A stretch of DNA of 64,000 nt, from the NCBI GenBank assembly GCA_963780185.1, contig CAWABA010000006.1, positions 160,001 through 224,000 of the forward strand, read 5' to 3'. The position numbers were made by a program, and so were the translations under genes. Below are positions 8,968 through 18,087 of this stretch, one piece after another. Numbering within the stretch: the stretch's first letter is position 1; every line of letters starts with the position of its first letter. The notes beneath the pieces are model-generated. The model searched no databases and was not told where the DNA came from. It saw only the letters and a program-made list of their open reading frames with translations. This stretch comes from Candidatus Bathyarchaeota archaeon. GTDB taxonomy: Archaea; Thermoproteota; Bathyarchaeia; Bathyarchaeales; Bathycorpusculaceae.

Positions 8968-9045
8968 TGGTGGGGCTGGAGAGATTTGAACTCACGTCTA
9001 TAACGCCCGAGGCTACAAGCCTGGACCAAGCTAGCCGACAGCCCC
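8968..9045 (-). tRNA. tRNA-Pro(CGG), CCA encoded
   Basis: Reverse complement GGGGCTG TC GGCT AGCTTGGTCCA GGCT T GTAGC CTCGGGC GTTAT AGAC GTGAG TTCAAAT CTCTC CAGCCCC ACCA folds as a cloverleaf. Confidence 0.92.
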
Positions 9046-9099
9046 ATGATTGTTTGGCTTGATTTTTTCGGGGTTCATAGAATAATGGTGGCTTAGCCT

Positions 9100-9743
9100 T
9101 TAAACTTTAACGGTTAAGAAAAGCTGGTTGCTGATGTGCTTAGGCGGTGGGTGCTGCGGGTGCGGTTGCGGGGCGGCGGCTGCTGCTGGCTGGATTGGGG
9201 TTGGGGCAAAGTGGCCGTGGAATACTCTTGCCAATATGCATAGTGCGGCTGCTGGCGTTGCGAGGAAAAACGGCAATTCGAATGTTCCTGAAACCAAGGC
9301 GCTGACGGTGGCGCCCGCGGTCCAGTTGCTTGGCAAGGTGACTGTTGCTGACCCGTTTATGGGGATGTACATGCCGAAGTGTCCCGCGATCAACAGGATA
9401 ATTACTAGCAGGGCGACGAAACTTATGACTGAGTACAGCGGTTTTTTCCATGAGAAGCCGAGTAGATGTTTCGCGTAGGGTTTCGTGGGAATCACCGAGT
9501 AAATCAGCATGATTATGCCGCTGGCGGAGAATGTCAGAATCGTTACGAGGTTTAGTGCCCAAATCATGGGTATGGTGAATTGGGTGCCGAATAAGCCGAA
9601 GTTGGTGTTGACTGGGGAAGCGTTGATTTTGATGAGGTCTTGCCCGACTGTTAGCTGCCACCACGGCATGTAGAGCGAGATTACAAGCGCCACAAGGTGA
9701 TGATTCCCGCAGCGAAGCCAAGCCAATTAATTTTTCGATCCAA
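9100..9743 (-). CDS. Multi-pass membrane protein (frameshift near 5' end)
   Basis: About four hydrophobic segments; the N-terminus DRKINWLGFAAGIITL is in another frame. Confidence 0.65.
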
Positions 9744-10344
9744 ATTATTTCCTCCGAGGCTTGACGCGAGGTTTTGCAGGTCCGTAATTGAACCTGCGTC
9801 GATGTGGTCGATGTGGATGCATATTCCGCCGACGACTACGTTCACGTTGTTTAATGCGATGTTGAGGGTTCCGCTTTGGTACTGTGCTTCAAGCTGGTTT
9901 ATTGCTGCTGGTGTCCAAGTTTCCAACGCGGTTAATATTGCGTTTGCTCCGGGCGACAGGTTGATTGCTTGCGGGATGGAGACGTTTCCGATTGGGGTGC
10001 CGTCTTCGGTGGCTACTTGGGCGGAAAGCTGGCTGAATGAAAGTTGGGTTGAAAGGGGATTGGTGAAGTTGAAGGGGTAGCTGAAGGCGCCCGTGGTTGG
10101 GTTATACTGGGGTTGCCCGACGGGTTGAGGCATCTGGAAGTTCGACAGGGAAGGCAGCTCGGACTAGGGTTCCGGCGGTGGCGCCGTTGTTGTTATTGCC
10201 GTTGTTGCCGTTCATGAGGTTCTGGATTTGAGGCGGAAAAACCAGCCCCTCCAAATTGTCCTTGTAAACGTAAACTTCAACCAAAATCGGAACAATAATG
10301 ATCATTATAGACAGAACGGTTAAAGCAACCTTGACTTTATCCAT
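9681..10344 (-). CDS. Membrane-anchored LEA-2/Ig-like protein, split by frameshift
   Basis: ORF 10102-10344 (TM, N-rich linker) and ORF 9681-10133 (FNFTNP...INLSPGA) are consecutive. Confidence 0.55.
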
Positions 10345-10490
10345 TAGTTACCCCCGACCCGTGTTTATTCAGCGCTTACTCCTTTTAATGGTTGCGCAAA
10401 AAAAATTCTGACGCCAAATCAACATCACCCAGCAGCACCAAACGCAACCCGAAAAAACACATAAAACAGACAAAACTACCCTGCCCGCCA

Positions 10491-10560
10491 ACTTTTGACT
10501 TTCCTTGACTAATTTTGACTTTCCCAGACTACCTTAGACTACTACAGACTATCCTTGACT
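10491..10560. repeat. Seven tandem 10-bp units each ending in GACT
   Basis: acttttgact ttccttgact aattttgact ttcccagact accttagact actacagact atccttgact, in a divergent intergenic region. Confidence 0.85.
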
Positions 10561-10717
10561 CAACCAACAAACACTTCAAGCCCCAACCAAACAAAGCAAC
10601 CCAAAACACAAACAACAAAAACCAGCCCGAACAACAAACCAGCCGCCGAGCTCCCCGATATCACAAAATTTAATTAACGTTGCTCTTTACATGTACCTAA
10701 ACCTCTGAGCCTTCAAC

Positions 10718-12064
10718 ATGCAAGTTAACTCAAAGATAACTGTCTCTAAACGTGTCCTCGCCTTGATTCTCATAGCCGTGCTTGCCCTCTCAGCGTTCAA
10801 CACCTACATGATTCTGATGCGTCCCAGCTTCAACTCAAACGCGGTAGCCTACGATTTTGTACTCACACAACACGGCAACAGCTACCAGCTAAAGAACATG
10901 CAGACGGGCTCAACCGTCGAAGGGTCGGGCAGCGTGTCATCAGCCATCAATTCAGCCCTAAAACACGGAGACTCGGTTTACCTGAACGCAGGCACCTACG
11001 TTTTGAACAGGGACATTTTGGTCTCTAACAAGATTGACGCCAAAATCGTCGGCAACGGAGCAACAATCATCGGAAACGGACACAAAATAATCGTTTACGG
11101 CGACAACTTTACAACTTCGCAGTACGCCTCGGTCTCGGGCTTAACGGTAATCAACGGAACCCTCAGAATCGAGAACTCGTTTGGAACAACCGTCACCGAC
11201 ATGATTTTTGAGAATACGTCAGTGGGGATAGACTTGGCTAACACGAACACGTGGAGCGAGGATACCCAAATCGACAACTGCTACTTCATCAACGCCACGC
11301 AAGGCATAGTTTTCGAAACCCCCACCGTCAACGCCACAGGCTCCTACGCCAGCTCAGACATCGAACGCTGCTTCTTCAACGTCCGCGACAACTCAGTCGG
11401 CATCAACGTCGAAGACAAAGCGCAGTTCTCCGACAGCCAAATACAAAACATCCGAATGTGGCTGGGACAAGACGGCGTAACAAACCAAACTGGGCTTTTA
11501 GTCAACGGCTCGATGTATCAGACGCTGCTGACCAGCGTGGTGTTTGAATCCTTCACCGACGTCCCAAACGACATGTTTGCCATCGACCTTGGAAAAAACT
11601 GCAACCCAGCCCCCATGCTGGACGGCGACGTCAACTTTTTGGGCAGTTGGACAGCAAACATACATAACCCCTACAGCAACTGGATTTCAGGCGTCGGCAC
11701 CGCCTTCGAGCGGCAAAACGTTAACGTTCCAGTCGGCGTGAACAGCCAATACGGCGCCAACGCAACAATCCAAACCGTTCCGCTAAACATTTATTCGTTT
11801 GAACCTAAAATCCAAGTTCAGGGAAGCTTCGCCAACAACGAAACCGTCACCGTCCGCATCCGACTGCTATTCGCCGACAACGTCGTCTCAAACCCCGTAA
11901 CACAAACCTTCACCAGCAACGGAGCAGCGTGGCTCAGCAACGACCAGATCCTGACTTTGTTTCCGTCGCAGAGCATAATTGTCGGCGTAGTCTTTGACGC
12001 ACAATCAAATGCTGGCGCAACCGACGCCGTTGTCACTGTCAGCGGCTACGGCACAGCAGGCTAA
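10718..12064 (+). CDS. Membrane-anchored parallel beta-helix (pectin lyase-like) protein
   Basis: N-terminal TM; SAINSAL..GDSVYLNAGTY, IVGNGATI and beta-helix periodicity. Confidence 0.7.
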   Translation: MQVNSKITVSKRVLALILIAVLALSAFNTYMILMRPSFNSNAVAYDFVLTQHGNSYQLKNMQTGSTVEGSGSVSSAINSALKHGDSVYLNAGTYVLNRDILVSNKIDAKIVGNGATIIGNGHKIIVYGDNFTTSQYASVSGLTVINGTLRIENSFGTTVTDMIFENTSVGIDLANTNTWSEDTQIDNCYFINATQGIVFETPTVNATGSYASSDIERCFFNVRDNSVGINVEDKAQFSDSQIQNIRMWLGQDGVTNQTGLLVNGSMYQTLLTSVVFESFTDVPNDMFAIDLGKNCNPAPMLDGDVNFLGSWTANIHNPYSNWISGVGTAFERQNVNVPVGVNSQYGANATIQTVPLNIYSFEPKIQVQGSFANNETVTVRIRLLFADNVVSNPVTQTFTSNGAAWLSNDQILTLFPSQSIIVGVVFDAQSNAGATDAVVTVSGYGTAG

Positions 12065-13454
12065 CGTTAACTGGTTCGTTGAGCAGGTTTTTGCGGCTAA
12101 ATATCTTGTCGATTTCCTCGGGTTTAAGCAGCTTCTTCTCTAACGCAATTTCTTTCACTGAGCGGTTTTCAGCTTGGGCTTGCTTGGCGATTTTTGCCGC
12201 TTCCAAGTAGCCGATGTAGGGGGACAGCAACGTGGCTAAAGACGGGTTCTTCTCCAAGTATTGGCTGCACTGCTTCTCGTTAACGGTTATTCCTCGTACG
12301 CATTTCTCGGTGAAGGCTGGGAGGAAGTTGCTGAGGATTTCGATTGAGAAAAGCATGTTGTACATGATGACTGGCGTCATAACGTTGAGTTCCATTTGCC
12401 CCGCCTGAACCGCCAAAGACACCGTGGCGTCGCTTCCTACAACTTGGAAAGCCACCATGTCTAAGCATTCAGCCATCACAGGGTTCACTTTTCCCGGCAT
12501 AATGGATGATCCAGGCTGCACGGGCGGAAGCACAATCTCGTTGAGCCCAGTCGTTGGACCCGACGCTAAAAGCCTCAGGTCATTTGCTACCCTGATAAGC
12601 TCCAACGCTAACTCCTTTAGACCGCTGGAAACCGACTGCGCCGCCCGCTGGCTCTGAAGCGCCTCAAAATTGTTTGTTGCAGGCTTAAGTGGGAACCCAG
12701 AAAGCTTCGCTAACTCAGCCACGGCAAGGCGCTTGTATTTGGGGTGGGCGTTGGCTCCTGTCCCGACCGCTGTGCCGCCTAAAGCAACGGCATACAGGTT
12801 TTGCTGCCTTTTTCGCAGTTCAGCGCAGGCATTAGCCACTGCCGAACCGTACGCAGCGAATTCTTGCCCAATCGTCACGGGCACAGCGTCTTGCAGGTGC
12901 GTTCTGCCTGACTTGAGCACGGAACCGTATTTTTTGCCGAGCTCGCTAAACGCCTCTGCAAGCTCGTCCAGCGCATAAAGCAGCGGCTTCAACGCCATCA
13001 GGACGGAGAGGTGGAGCGCGGTGGGGAAGGTGTCGTTTGTTGATTGCCCCATGTTTACGTGGTCGTTTGGGCTTAGGGTTTTGTAGTCGCCTTTTTCTTT
13101 GCCCATGATTTCTAAGGCGCTGTTGGCTAAAACCTCGTTAACGTTCATGTTGAAGGATGTGCCTGCGCCAGCTTGGAAGACGTCGACGACGAACTGGTCA
13201 ATTAGTTTGCCAGCTAACACTTCATCGCATGCGGCAACGATTGCCTCCGCCTTTTTCTCGTCAAGACAACCCAACTGCATGTTCGCGGCGGCGGCGGCTT
13301 TTTTGACGAGCACATAAGCGTCGATGAATGCCTTTGGCGCTTTGATTCCGCTTACGGGGAAATTCTCCGTCGCCCTCAACGTTTGAATGCCAAAATAAGC
13401 GTCGTTGGGAATGCGTCTCTCGCCTAATGGGTCAACTTCTTTCCTTGTCTCCAA
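12039..13454 (-). CDS. aspA: Aspartate ammonia-lyase (fumarase/aspartase superfamily)
   Basis: GAGTSFNMNVNEV, GRTHLQDAVP, GSSIMPGKVNPV. Confidence 0.85.
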   Translation of the reverse strand: METRKEVDPLGERRIPNDAYFGIQTLRATENFPVSGIKAPKAFIDAYVLVKKAAAAANMQLGCLDEKKAEAIVAACDEVLAGKLIDQFVVDVFQAGAGTSFNMNVNEVLANSALEIMGKEKGDYKTLSPNDHVNMGQSTNDTFPTALHLSVLMALKPLLYALDELAEAFSELGKKYGSVLKSGRTHLQDAVPVTIGQEFAAYGSAVANACAELRKRQQNLYAVALGGTAVGTGANAHPKYKRLAVAELAKLSGFPLKPATNNFEALQSQRAAQSVSSGLKELALELIRVANDLRLLASGPTTGLNEIVLPPVQPGSSIMPGKVNPVMAECLDMVAFQVVGSDATVSLAVQAGQMELNVMTPVIMYNMLFSIEILSNFLPAFTEKCVRGITVNEKQCSQYLEKNPSLATLLSPYIGYLEAAKIAKQAQAENRSVKEIALEKKLLKPEEIDKIFSRKNLLNEPVNVSLLCRSR

Positions 13455-13524
13455 CCTAATCTGCCCCTAACTTGCCTTCTACTAAGACAGCGGTAACTTT
13501 AATGCTCTTCGCAGGACTGTGAAC

Positions 13525-14400
13525 TTAAATTTCGAATTTATCGATAATCTTGTTTTCTTTTTCACCTGTGATTTCGGCGATTACGTGGAAAAACTGTTCA
13601 AGCCCTGAGTAGACTATTCTGGGCTTCAGAAGCTCATCTATTTGGAAAACTCCTGCTGAATTGGACATTTTGATCCTTATTTCGATTGGTTTTTTCCCGT
13701 TTTCAACTGGTTCGACCTCAACCTTCTCGATTGAAAGCGCGGAAACCGCGTGGATGTCTATTTTGCCTGCTTGGAAAGGGATTCTTGCCCTGCCCGCCTC
13801 CATGTCCAAGGCGTCGGCGATGCCTACTATGCCTGCTTCTTTGGTTAGTACTCTGTGGGTTGGGTCTCCGCTGGGCGGCTGCTCATGTGCCACGATGGCG
13901 TGCAGGACTTCTGAGGTGATGATGGCTATTTCCTCCTCGTTGTAAGTCGGCTTTAAGCAATCCATAAACTGCAAAGCGAGGGTTGCACTGTATTTTTCAT
14001 GGTTGTTTCTCTGAACAATCATGCCTAAGTCATGGAAGATTGAGGCTAAAACCACGACGACTTCCGCATCTTCATTTTGCATCCCGTAGTTTTCAACTAT
14101 GCTGGGCGTTATCAGTTTTTTCTCTACAAGAATCCGAAGAAGCTTTAGCGCGATGTTTGAAACGATTTTAACGTGGGTTGGACCGTGGTCAGTGTAGCCC
14201 ATGCGTTCTATAGCCATGACGTTGCTGCATCTCCAGTAGGTCTGTAGTTTCTTGTCTTCTCGTATTCTGTCCATGACCTGCTTGAGTTTTGCGTTGCCTC
14301 GGTAGGGTATGTTAAAGACATAGGACACTTCGGTGAATCTCCCTTTACCATATTCAAAGAAAGAATAATTTAAACTTGCATCCGACGGCTTAAGCAGCAA
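13525..14400 (-). CDS. HD-domain phosphohydrolase (true start probably ~70 nt downstream)
   Basis: DHGPTH, FHDLG, IADALD, GRARIPF. Confidence 0.85.
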   Translation of the reverse strand: MLLKPSDASLNYSFFEYGKGRFTEVSYVFNIPYRGNAKLKQVMDRIREDKKLQTYWRCSNVMAIERMGYTDHGPTHVKIVSNIALKLLRILVEKKLITPSIVENYGMQNEDAEVVVVLASIFHDLGMIVQRNNHEKYSATLALQFMDCLKPTYNEEEIAIITSEVLHAIVAHEQPPSGDPTHRVLTKEAGIVGIADALDMEAGRARIPFQAGKIDIHAVSALSIEKVEVEPVENGKKPIEIRIKMSNSAGVFQIDELLKPRIVYSGLEQFFHVIAEITGEKENKIIDKFEI

Positions 14401-14514
14401 GTCAACGGTAAATTCTCTGTTTTTGTGGTGCTGAATCTGAATTGTTCGATGAACATGCTTTTAAGCATGAAAAGCACTGTTTTTCAATTATCTAACAAAC
14501 GGGGTTCGTACTGT

Positions 14515-14820
14515 TTGGGAAAGAAAAAAGTGTTAAGTGAAGGCGCAATCAGCGAGATGACTTACCCTGGACAAGGCGAAGTGTTGGGGTTAGTAGTGAA
14601 GCTGCTTGGTTTCGACCGCATCTTAGTCAAATGCCAAGACGGTGCCGAACGGCTTTGCCGAATCCGCGGCAAAATGAAAAGACGCGTCTGGATACGTGAA
14701 GGCGACATCGTAATAGTTTCGCCTTGGGAATTCCAAACTGACAAACGCGGCGACGTCGTGTGGCGCTACACTCATTCGCAAGCTGATACGCTAAGACGCA
14801 AGGGAATTCTAACCCTTTAG
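14515..14820 (+). CDS. eif1a: Translation initiation factor aIF-1A
   Basis: VKCQDGAERLCRIRGKMKRRVWIREGDIVIVSPW; TTG start at 14515. Confidence 0.95.
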   Translation: MGKKKVLSEGAISEMTYPGQGEVLGLVVKLLGFDRILVKCQDGAERLCRIRGKMKRRVWIREGDIVIVSPWEFQTDKRGDVVWRYTHSQADTLRRKGILTL

Positions 14821-15032
14821 CCTTCAACTTTTGAAAAAGTTTCTTTAAGTTCATGTTCTCTCTTTGATTTTTGGGAAGATGCGAAGGTTAGTTTTGTCTG
14901 ATTTCCATGTTTGAATTGCCGTTTGTTTATGGACTGCAAAAAAGTTCTTTAAAAATTCATATCATATGTGTAATAATTCAAGGGGTTTCCGAGCGGTTTT
15001 AATACCTTAACGGGTTATCAAATGCTGATTAT

Positions 15033-15818
15033 ATGTCTTCTAAGAAAGCTGTAGAACGCCTTGCCCACAACGAAAGGAGAGTGGAGCGAAGAGACAAGAT
15101 GCTGACCCACGATATGACCAAAGAACGCGCCACCGTGGAGGAGGTTTTTGACCAAACCACCCGCATGGTTGTCTTCGACATGCTAAACAGTGGCGTATTC
15201 TACGAGCTAAACGGCGTAGTGAGTTCAGGCAAGGAAGCACGAGTTTACTGGGGCACAACCAAAGAAGGCGTTGACTTAGCTGTAAAAATTTATTTAACCT
15301 CTTCAGCCGAATTCAAAAAAGGTATGCACAAATACATCGAAGGCGACCCCCGATTTAAAGACGTCAAACACGATACCCGTTCATTAATGACGGTTTGGGC
15401 ACAAAAAGAATTCCGCAACCTCAAAGAAGCCACCGACGCAAAAGTGCGTGTACCAAAACCTATTGCAGTCAAAAGCAACGTTGTAGTTATGGAGTTTATT
15501 GGGGAACAGGGTGTTAGTGCGCCTTCTCTTAAGGAGCAGCCTCCAGAAAACCCCGAAAAAATCTACAAAATAATCGTCACTTCTATTAAACGGCTTTATC
15601 AGAAAGCAAAGATAGTTCACGGCGACCTCAGCGAATACAACATTATGATGTGGAAGGGCAAACCCGTGGTTTTTGACATGTCTCAGTCAGTTTCAATTCA
15701 GCATCCATTGGCTGACGAGCTGCTGGTGCGTGATATTACGAATGTGAATAGGTTCTTTAGTCGGTTAAATGTTGAAGTTATTTCAGTTGAAGAATTGCAT
15801 AAGATGGTTGTGGGTTGA
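15033..15818 (+). CDS. rio1: RIO1 serine protein kinase
   Basis: SSGKEARVY, AVKIY, WAQKEFRNL, VHGDLSEYN. Confidence 0.95.
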   Translation: MSSKKAVERLAHNERRVERRDKMLTHDMTKERATVEEVFDQTTRMVVFDMLNSGVFYELNGVVSSGKEARVYWGTTKEGVDLAVKIYLTSSAEFKKGMHKYIEGDPRFKDVKHDTRSLMTVWAQKEFRNLKEATDAKVRVPKPIAVKSNVVVMEFIGEQGVSAPSLKEQPPENPEKIYKIIVTSIKRLYQKAKIVHGDLSEYNIMMWKGKPVVFDMSQSVSIQHPLADELLVRDITNVNRFFSRLNVEVISVEELHKMVVG

Positions 15819-15819
15819 A

Positions 15820-16398
15820 ATGTCAGGTTTAGACACGTTTGTAAAGATTCCGAAAGAACGCGTTGGCATACTTATCGGTGAAGAAGGAAAAGCAAAACAG
15901 TACATTGAAGATAGACTTAACGTCAAAATCGACGTGGACAGCGAAGGCAGCGTCACCATCAAGCTTACAGAAAAAGCTCCAGACCCATCGGTGCTGCTGA
16001 AAGCTAAAGACGTTGTGACTGCCATAGGCAGAGGATTCTCACCTGACGCCACCTACCGCCTAATACGCAACGAAGACGAAATCTTCGACTTGATCGACCT
16101 GCGACAAGTCTTCGGGCGCTCCGAATCTGACATCAAACGTGTAAAAGGCAGAATGATAGGTACAGACGGCAAAACAAGAAAACTGATTGAAGAATTAACG
16201 GAAGCCAACATGGTGGTTTATGGGCACACAGTCGGGTTCATCGGAAGCTTCACCCAGGTGGATGCAGCACGTCATGCGGCGCAGATGATTATCGAAGGGT
16301 GCCAGCATCAAACGGTCTACAGGTTCCTGCAACGGAAACGCACGGAACTCAAAAAAGAGAAGCTTGAGTTGTGGGAGAAAACTGGAAACAAAAAGTAG
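15820..16398 (+). CDS. KH-domain rRNA processing protein (Dim2/Pno1-like)
   Basis: GILIGEEG, AIGRGFS, GRMIGTDGK; conserved aIF1A-rio1-dim2 synteny. Confidence 0.92.
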   Translation: MSGLDTFVKIPKERVGILIGEEGKAKQYIEDRLNVKIDVDSEGSVTIKLTEKAPDPSVLLKAKDVVTAIGRGFSPDATYRLIRNEDEIFDLIDLRQVFGRSESDIKRVKGRMIGTDGKTRKLIEELTEANMVVYGHTVGFIGSFTQVDAARHAAQMIIEGCQHQTVYRFLQRKRTELKKEKLELWEKTGNKK

Positions 16399-16490
16399 CT
16401 TCGTTTGAAGAAACCTTTTTCTTCTTAACGTCAATGCCAAATGGCATGGTTAGGTTATTTGTCACCAAAGCTTTTTGTTTTTAGTGTTTT

Positions 16491-16563
16491 TTGTGTTTGT
16501 GTGTAAGGGTACCCGATAGGTAGGCAAACCATATACGGAAAGCATATACAATTCGTCAATACA
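16491..16563 (+). repeat. Dispersed ~70 bp element, copy 1 (inverted partner at 23108-23177)
   Basis: ACCCGATAG...CATATACGGAAAGCATATACA; CATATAC at 13-bp period. Confidence 0.75.
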
Positions 16564-16811
16564 GGCACGCAAAGATGTTGCCAAGTTTTCTTTGATTTGG
16601 AGACTTAGTTTTCTACGATAGGAAACCTGACAGTGAGTTCCTGAACTTGAGGGCATAAACGAAAAAAGTTCGATTAACCATCCAAATTGCTAAATTTGGC
16701 GTTTTTTCTCAAAAAAAGCCTTTGGTTTCCGTTTGCCATGCATTTTGCAAAGTGTTAAATAACCAATTGTTAAATAAGCAAGATAACCCTCGTAAGTAGA
16801 AGGGGAGAGGT

Positions 16812-17845
16812 ATGTTGGAAAAATCATTCGCAGGCTTTAATAAAAAAACAGTGAAACTAATAACCGTATTATTGTTCATCACTATGTTAGCTTTGGTTGC
16901 GGCGGCAGTTCCTTCGGCTAAAGCTGCGGGTTTGAAAGTAACCTTCAGCCCTGCGGAAGCCGCCGTTGGCGCAACTGTCCAAATAACTGGATCGGGATTT
17001 TCTCCAGTTGAACCAGTAACTTTCGTTTGCAACAATAACCAGATGTTTGCCCCCTCTGTTACCGCGGACAGCGCTGGAAACATAGTGAGCAGTTGCACTG
17101 TGCCTGATTTTCCCGCGGGAACATACCATGTGACCGTGTATGACAGTTCCGGGCTCAGTGTCAGCGCACCTTTTATTGTGACAGGCGGCGGTAGTTCCAC
17201 CGCTTCCCCTATCGCCCCATCCTCCAGCTCTTCATCGTCAGGGAACGGAAACGGAAATGGTAACAGCAATGGCAACGGAAACGGCAATGGAACAGGAACG
17301 GCAATGGTAATCCCCACCTATTCGCCGACCCCAACTTCATCATCCAGCGGATTTTGGTCTCCAACTGTAATCGGAGTAATTGTAGCGGTTTTGATAGCGT
17401 TCGCCATTTCAGGAGTACTCCTGTATTCAAGACAAGGCAAACAGAGAATGATGCTTGAAAGGGAAAGGGAACGTGACCGCGAACGATCTTCACTTTACGG
17501 TCCAGAACTCACCTCAGGCGCCATACGGGCCAGGAGGAGGATACAGTCCGCAATCTTCAAATTACGGTCCAGCGCCATCTGGCCCCGCTGGCTCCTCACG
17601 GTACACCCCTACAGTTACAGGTCACCGTCATCATCAGGTTCCTACCAATCACGTTACAACCAAACTTCAAGTTACAGACCAAGCCCATACGCCTCGCGTT
17701 ACAGCCAACCATCAAGTTACAGACAGCCAGCAGCAACAGTCAAGTTACAGTCGACCACCAATCGCATTCGAAAACTTGCTCTCACTGCAAAAGATCCGTC
17801 AGAGAAGACCAAAACATTTGCCCATACTGCAATAAAAGGGTATAA
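16812..17845 (+). CDS. Single-pass membrane protein: signal peptide, IPT/TIG domain, NG linker, TM, S/Y/Q/P-rich tail, C-terminal Zn ribbon (frameshifted)
   Basis: VQITGSGFSP, PAGTYHVTV; an alternative frame ends KTCSHCKRSVREDQNICPYCNKRV* at 17845. Confidence 0.7.
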
Positions 17846-18087
17846 ACAATCAGCGGTTAAGTGCCAAGCCTCCTTCCAAATCGGTCGCGTCTAACTGGCG
17901 TTAGATTTTTCTTTTCCTTTTTTCACATGCTTTCTTTGATATTTCTCGATTTGGATAATTTCATTATTGAATTAAAAATAGTTGTTACATAAGCTAGCGC
18001 CAATAGGGTTATAAGATGGAGGATGCAAAGGACTTGTAGGTTTCAAGCCGCTTTTTTTTGTCTATAGAAGTCTTTTGAGGTATTTCT

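Larger units (their letters stand above)
5028..9045. mobile_element. tRNA-Pro-integrated defence islet, no integrase visible
   Basis: Bounded by the tRNA and its 3' repeat; visibly more AT-rich than the flanks; cargo is TA, Mrr, macrodomain and ART genes. Confidence 0.8.

Noticed and set aside
10491-10560. Possible CRISPR or mini-array
   Set aside because: Units are 10 bp with a 4-bp constant part; no repeat-spacer geometry and no cas genes in the window
17241-17300. GGAAAC/GGCAAT hexamer run as a contingency microsatellite
   Set aside because: Synonymously varied codons encoding a Gly-Asn linker
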